The position numbers and the translations under genes were made by a program. Under the pieces are notes generated by a model, which made no database searches, was not told the DNA's origin, and worked only from the letters and a program-made list of their open reading frames with translations. Shown piece by piece: positions 59,909 to 64,000 of a stretch of 64,000 nt of DNA; the stretch's first letter is position 1, and each line of letters opens with the position of its first letter. This stretch comes from an uncultured Methanosarcinales archaeon (GTDB lineage: Archaea > Nanobdellota > Nanobdellia > Woesearchaeales > CAXGTL01), in the NCBI GenBank assembly GCA_964645705.1, contig CAZYAB010000004.1, positions 295 to 64,294 on the forward strand, in the 5' to 3' direction.

Positions 59909-60928
59909 TTAAGAGAGGCCATAACACATTTTAAAAAACAATTCTGTAGGTCTTTTTAAAATTTCAAAATGTTCTTTAACAAAACCTTCTGGTTTATTTA
60001 TTAATTGTACTGCAATACACTTTTTTCTGTGGGTTATGTCTTCTCCATCTAATTTTGCTTCTAATAAAGCTCTTTTAGGATTTGTAATCAACTTAAATTC
60101 TTCATCTTTTAAAGTAAAAACAGCTCCATTATAATGCTTGGTTGTTTTACTCGCTTTTTTATCAAGATCTCTTTTTATTCTTCTATCTTTTTGCCAATGT
60201 CTGGCTATTTTTTCTTCAATTGTCAAAGGTTTATATCCTTCTAACTTTTTTATTTCTTCTTCATATATAGTTCTATGAATTACATCTTTGATCAAACCAT
60301 AATCAGTTGCATGAAATACATTTAAATTTTTATCTAAATACAATTTAGGAGGTTTTGATTCTTCATCCTCAAGCCAAGCATAAGGTACTATAAAATATTC
60401 CCCTTTTCCACCATTATAATTAGGATCATAATAAACAGCCCAAACAGATCCTTTATGACAACCAATTAACTTTTCTCTGACAACATAAGACAATACTTTT
60501 GCAGCACCCTCAAAAGTTTTGTCAGTCCTTTTAATATATGATTTTAACATTTCTAATTGAACTTGAAACCAAAAAGAATCTAAGACTTGATCTCTTAAAG
60601 TATGATCCTTATGTAACATTTCTATAAAACCTTCTTTTGTAGAAAGAGATGCTAATCTTATTGCTTTATTATATTCTGCTATATCTGGATTATTTTTATC
60701 TTCTTCAAATTCATTTTTGATCATTACCCTAAAAGATTTAGCAACATCGTCCAAAAATCTTTTAGCAAAGTCTTTTTTAGATTTTTTTAAAAGATTAATA
60801 CTTTGTCTATAAAGATTAATAGGCACTTCACAAGCTCTTTTAACAGATTGTGACATTAAAATTAATTTTTCAAAAGAAATACTTTCTTCTATTTTTGGCA
60901 CATAAACATTTGCTTCCATCCTTATCAC
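59909..60928 (-). CDS. Hypothetical protein
   Basis: 339-aa ORF; AGGTGA SD suggests the start is at MEANV; no motif recognised. Confidence 0.55.
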   Translation of the reverse strand: MIRMEANVYVPKIEESISFEKLILMSQSVKRACEVPINLYRQSINLLKKSKKDFAKRFLDDVAKSFRVMIKNEFEEDKNNPDIAEYNKAIRLASLSTKEGFIEMLHKDHTLRDQVLDSFWFQVQLEMLKSYIKRTDKTFEGAAKVLSYVVREKLIGCHKGSVWAVYYDPNYNGGKGEYFIVPYAWLEDEESKPPKLYLDKNLNVFHATDYGLIKDVIHRTIYEEEIKKLEGYKPLTIEEKIARHWQKDRRIKRDLDKKASKTTKHYNGAVFTLKDEEFKLITNPKRALLEAKLDGEDITHRKKCIAVQLINKPEGFVKEHFEILKRPTELFFKMCYGLS

Positions 60929-61061
60929 CTTTCTTATTATTACTATTTATTATTAAACTTTTCACAATATTTTATAATCTTTTCCAAACTCCAAAACATG
61001 TTTTTTACAAGATATTAACAATTAACTTTAAATATGAAGTGTGTAATTCCTATATAAGTGT

Positions 61062-61199
61062 GGACCCGTAGCCTAGCCTGGCATTATTATGATGGGTAAA
61101 TAAGGCATCAGCCTTCTATCCAATAGGAAGGTAGCTGAGGATCGAGGGTTCGAAAACTATTCTAGAAATCTAGATAGGAAGAAAATCCCTCCGGGTCCG
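61062..61199 (+). tRNA. tRNA-Arg (UCU) with three introns (D-loop 61082-61099, canonical 37/38 61119-61132, T-loop about 61154-61184)
   Basis: Acceptor GGACCCG/CGGGTCC, D stem GCCT/AGGC, anticodon stem TCAGC/GCTGA, T stem GAGGG/CCCTC. Removing 18+14+31 nt gives a 75-nt cloverleaf; BHB-type motifs at the first two introns; upstream TTTAAATA. Confidence 0.88.
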
Positions 61200-61240
61200 C
61201 TTTACTATTTATATAATCAACACATTGTTTTATTAGCCAC

Positions 61241-61556
61241 ACACCTTGATTTCTTCTAGAAAATAGTTTTTGAGAAGATTTGTCTTTCATTCATTTTTCT
61301 TTTATTTTTAATATTGAAAATAAATAAATAATTTATTGTATCCTTAAATAATATAATATATAATAATAATATATTATTTTTATATAATATAATAAGAACT
61401 AAAATATTTATTTTCATATATAATGTTTGGTCAACAATCATCAAAAAGACTAAAATCATAATAAAACTTCTTCCATACGAACTCAAGGGGTCAGACTACA
61501 GTAACTACTATTTAAAATTACAAAAATTTAAATACCTTTGTTTCAAGTGGAAAAAT
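61241..61556. other. Probable replication origin (oriC): inverted ORB elements around an AT-rich unwinding region
   Basis: ORB-like TTCCATACGAACTCAAGGGGT (61471-61491, +), inverted TTCTAGAAGAAATCAAGGTGT (61241-61261, -; 16/21 identical), mini-ORB TTTCAAGTGGAAA (61541-61553); extremely AT-rich spacer; directly upstream of cdc6. Confidence 0.75.
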
Positions 61557-62771
61557 ATGAATGAAAAAGGGTTGAAAGGTTTTTTTGATGAATTTCTAAG
61601 CAAAAAGAGCTTATTTAAAGATAAGAAAGTATTGCAAGCTTCGTATATACCAGAAACAATTAAACACAGAGAAAAACAAATAAAACAGATCGCAAACATT
61701 CTTGCTCCTTCTTTAAAACTAGATAAACCTTCTAATTTGTTTGTATATGGAAAAACAGGTACAGGCAAAACATTAACAATAAAATTCATATCAAAAGAAA
61801 TCATAAAATCATCTGAAAAAAATAATATTCCTATAAAAATATGTTATGTTAACTGTAAATTAAAAAAAGTAGCAGACACAGAATATAGATTAATAGCACA
61901 AATATCAAGACAACTAGGCAAAGAAATACCTGCAACAGGTTTACCAACAGAAGAAGTTTATAACATTTTTTACAAAACAATAGATAATAAAAAACAATGT
62001 TTGATTTTAGTATTAGATGAAATAGATCAATTAGTCAGAAAATCAGGTGATGAAATTCTTTATAACTTAACCAGAATAAATACAGAATTAGTTAATGCAA
62101 ATGTCAGTATCATAGGTATTTCTAATGATGTTTTATTTGCAGATAACCTTGACCCAAGAGTTAAAAGTTCTTTAAGTGAAGAAGAATTAGTATTTCCTCC
62201 TTATAATGCTTTACAGATACAAGACATATTAAAACAAAGATCAAATATAGCATTTGAACTAGAAGTTTTAGAACAAGGTGTTGTAGAAAAATGCGCAGCA
62301 TACGCTGCTAGAGAACACGGTGATGCAAGAAGAGCTTTAGAATTATTAAGAGTTGCAGGAGAAATGGCTGAAAGAAATGATATGAAAAAAGTTCTTATTA
62401 AACATATAGATGAAGCAGAAGAAAAAATTGAAAAAGATAAAATAATAGATATAATAATGACTCAACCAAAACAATCACAATTAACTCTTTTTTCAATACT
62501 TAAAATTCACGATACTAAACAAAACTTAATTTTTACTGGTGAAGTTTATGAACTTTACAAAAATTTATGTGACAAAATAAAATTAAGACCTTTAACACAA
62601 AGGAGAATATCTGATATAATTGCAGAACTAGACATGTTAGGAATAATAAATGTTTCGGTCATATCTAAAGGTCGTTATGGAAGAACAAGAGAAATCTCTC
62701 TCGCAGTACCTGAATCAATAGTTTCAAAAATGCAAAAAACTTTGCTTAATTCATTAGATCTCAAATCTTAA
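61557..62771 (+). CDS. cdc6: Orc1/Cdc6 replication initiator
   Basis: YIPETIKHRE, YGKTGTGKT, LDEIDQL, LDPRVKSSL, FPPYNA.Q..DIL, HGDARRALELLR, ISKGRYGRT. Confidence 0.97.
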   Translation: MNEKGLKGFFDEFLSKKSLFKDKKVLQASYIPETIKHREKQIKQIANILAPSLKLDKPSNLFVYGKTGTGKTLTIKFISKEIIKSSEKNNIPIKICYVNCKLKKVADTEYRLIAQISRQLGKEIPATGLPTEEVYNIFYKTIDNKKQCLILVLDEIDQLVRKSGDEILYNLTRINTELVNANVSIIGISNDVLFADNLDPRVKSSLSEEELVFPPYNALQIQDILKQRSNIAFELEVLEQGVVEKCAAYAAREHGDARRALELLRVAGEMAERNDMKKVLIKHIDEAEEKIEKDKIIDIIMTQPKQSQLTLFSILKIHDTKQNLIFTGEVYELYKNLCDKIKLRPLTQRRISDIIAELDMLGIINVSVISKGRYGRTREISLAVPESIVSKMQKTLLNSLDLKS

Positions 62772-62782
62772 TTTTTCTTAAA

Positions 62783-64000
62783 ATGCAAGCAAAACATAAA
62801 AAAAGACAATTGGTAGATTTTTTTTTAAATAGAGATTTATTAGTTTCAAATCAATTCATTGATACCTTATTAGAAGAAACAGAAAGAGACAAAGAAAAGT
62901 TAGAGGAAGAAACAAAAAGTATAAGTTATAAATCAGTGGTCGTTGTAGATGACTTGTTCTTAAAAATAAAAGGGAAAAAACCAAATATAAAAGAATTTAA
63001 TAGGTTGAGAGTTCTTAATGAAAAAAATAAGGAAAATGATATATTCAATAAATTAGTTGATTCTCTTTCAATTATTAAACAAGAAAAAGAAAAAGAAAAA
63101 GAGTTTAAAGGCGTAAAAGTCGTATTTTCTTATGAAGACAAAAGTAAGAAAAGAACTTATAATGATTTTGTTTCTTATTTTAAATCAAGATATGAACAAT
63201 TAAAAAGTTATTTGATAAATAGACAAGAACTTAAAAATACTTTATCAATAAACAAAGTTCTTTTAAAAAAGGAAAAAGAAGTAGTATCAATAATCGCGAT
63301 GGTTACTGAAAAAAAAGTAACCAGAAATGGAAACATTCTTTTAAAAGTAGAAGATGTTACAGGATCAATAAATGTTTTAGTAAATAAGAATAAAGCAGAA
63401 CTGTTCAATGAAGCAAAAGATATTAGTTTGGATGAAGTTTTAGCTTTTCAAGGAGTAGGTGGTGATAAAATTATTTTTATTAATAACATATTGTGGCCAG
63501 ATATACCTTTAAACAAAGAACTTAAAAAAGCACCAGACGAAGTGTATGCTGTTTTTATATCAGATACAGAATTAGGTTCTATATTTTTCTTAGAAAAATC
63601 TTTTAATAAATTCATAAAATGGCTTAATCAAGATATAGGTAGTGAAGTACAAAAAAAAATAGCATCAAAAGTAAAATATTTATTTATAACAGGTGATTTA
63701 GTTGAAGGTGTAGGTGTTTATCCTAATCAAGAACAAGATTTAACTATTCCAGACATATATGAACAATATCAAAAATTTTCAGAATACTTAGTGAAAATAC
63801 CTGAGCATATACAAATAATAATATCTCCTGGAAATCATGATGCCATGAGAATTGCAGAACCACAACCTCCTTTGTATAAGGATTTTGCAAAACCAATATA
63901 TGATTTGTCTAATACTATTTTGGTTAGTAATCCTTCTTATGTAAATATAGAATCTTCAGAAACATTTTCAGGTTTTGATGTTTTAATATATCACGGATAT
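62783..64000 (+). CDS. polB: DNA polymerase D small subunit DP1 (proofreading exonuclease); partial, runs off the window end
   Basis: Not in the track (truncated). FVSYFKSRYEQL, OB-fold EDVTG, WPDIP, GDLVEGVGVYPNQ, PGNHDAMRIAEPQP, SNPSYV, YHG. Confidence 0.93.
   Translation, partial: MQAKHKKRQLVDFFLNRDLLVSNQFIDTLLEETERDKEKLEEETKSISYKSVVVVDDLFLKIKGKKPNIKEFNRLRVLNEKNKENDIFNKLVDSLSIIKQEKEKEKEFKGVKVVFSYEDKSKKRTYNDFVSYFKSRYEQLKSYLINRQELKNTLSINKVLLKKEKEVVSIIAMVTEKKVTRNGNILLKVEDVTGSINVLVNKNKAELFNEAKDISLDEVLAFQGVGGDKIIFINNILWPDIPLNKELKKAPDEVYAVFISDTELGSIFFLEKSFNKFIKWLNQDIGSEVQKKIASKVKYLFITGDLVEGVGVYPNQEQDLTIPDIYEQYQKFSEYLVKIPEHIQIIISPGNHDAMRIAEPQPPLYKDFAKPIYDLSNTILVSNPSYVNIESSETFSGFDVLIYHGY

Noticed and set aside
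61256..61486. 76-aa hydrophobic ORF
   Set aside because: Lies in the AT-rich origin region; composition artefact.

Overview
Very AT-rich archaeal DNA. The gene set (PolD small subunit, Cdc6/Orc1, RFC-L, Nop5/fibrillarin, Rpp30, ScpB, bacterial-type GyrA, KKxQ class III signal-peptide proteins, giant acidic surface proteins) best fits a DPANN lineage, probably Woesearchaeota; this is an inference. Highlights: (1) 9.6-23.2 kb is a two-armed biosynthetic locus. A His-Xaa-Ser-type RiPP arm (A24 prepilin-type peptidase, two HxsD-like proteins, HxsB radical SAM, a precursor ending in HNH-HLS-HAS-HHI-HSS) plus SAM decarboxylase converges on a 10-gene arm (2 radical SAM/SPASM, BpsA-like aminopropyltransferase, CoA-transferase, FabH, FabG, 2 PaaK-like ligases, MaoC, Fe-S flavoprotein; no ACP). 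Both arms carry a copy of a 36-bp G-rich element. (2) An unannotated leaderless micro-ORF MINTIYLGCCCC precedes tRNA-Cys-cysM-cysS. Its Cys codons and the following U-tract can pair with the sequence just 3' of the tRNA, suggesting a cysteine-sensing attenuator with an embedded tRNA. (3) An unannotated 45-aa peptide precedes a radical SAM/SPASM pair in which one partner has lost its CxxxCxxC motif. (4) A tRNA-Arg(UCU) with three introns lies next to a probable replication origin with inverted ORB elements upstream of cdc6-DP1. No CRISPR array, rRNA or transposase was recognised. All calls are by eye from motifs; no searches were run.
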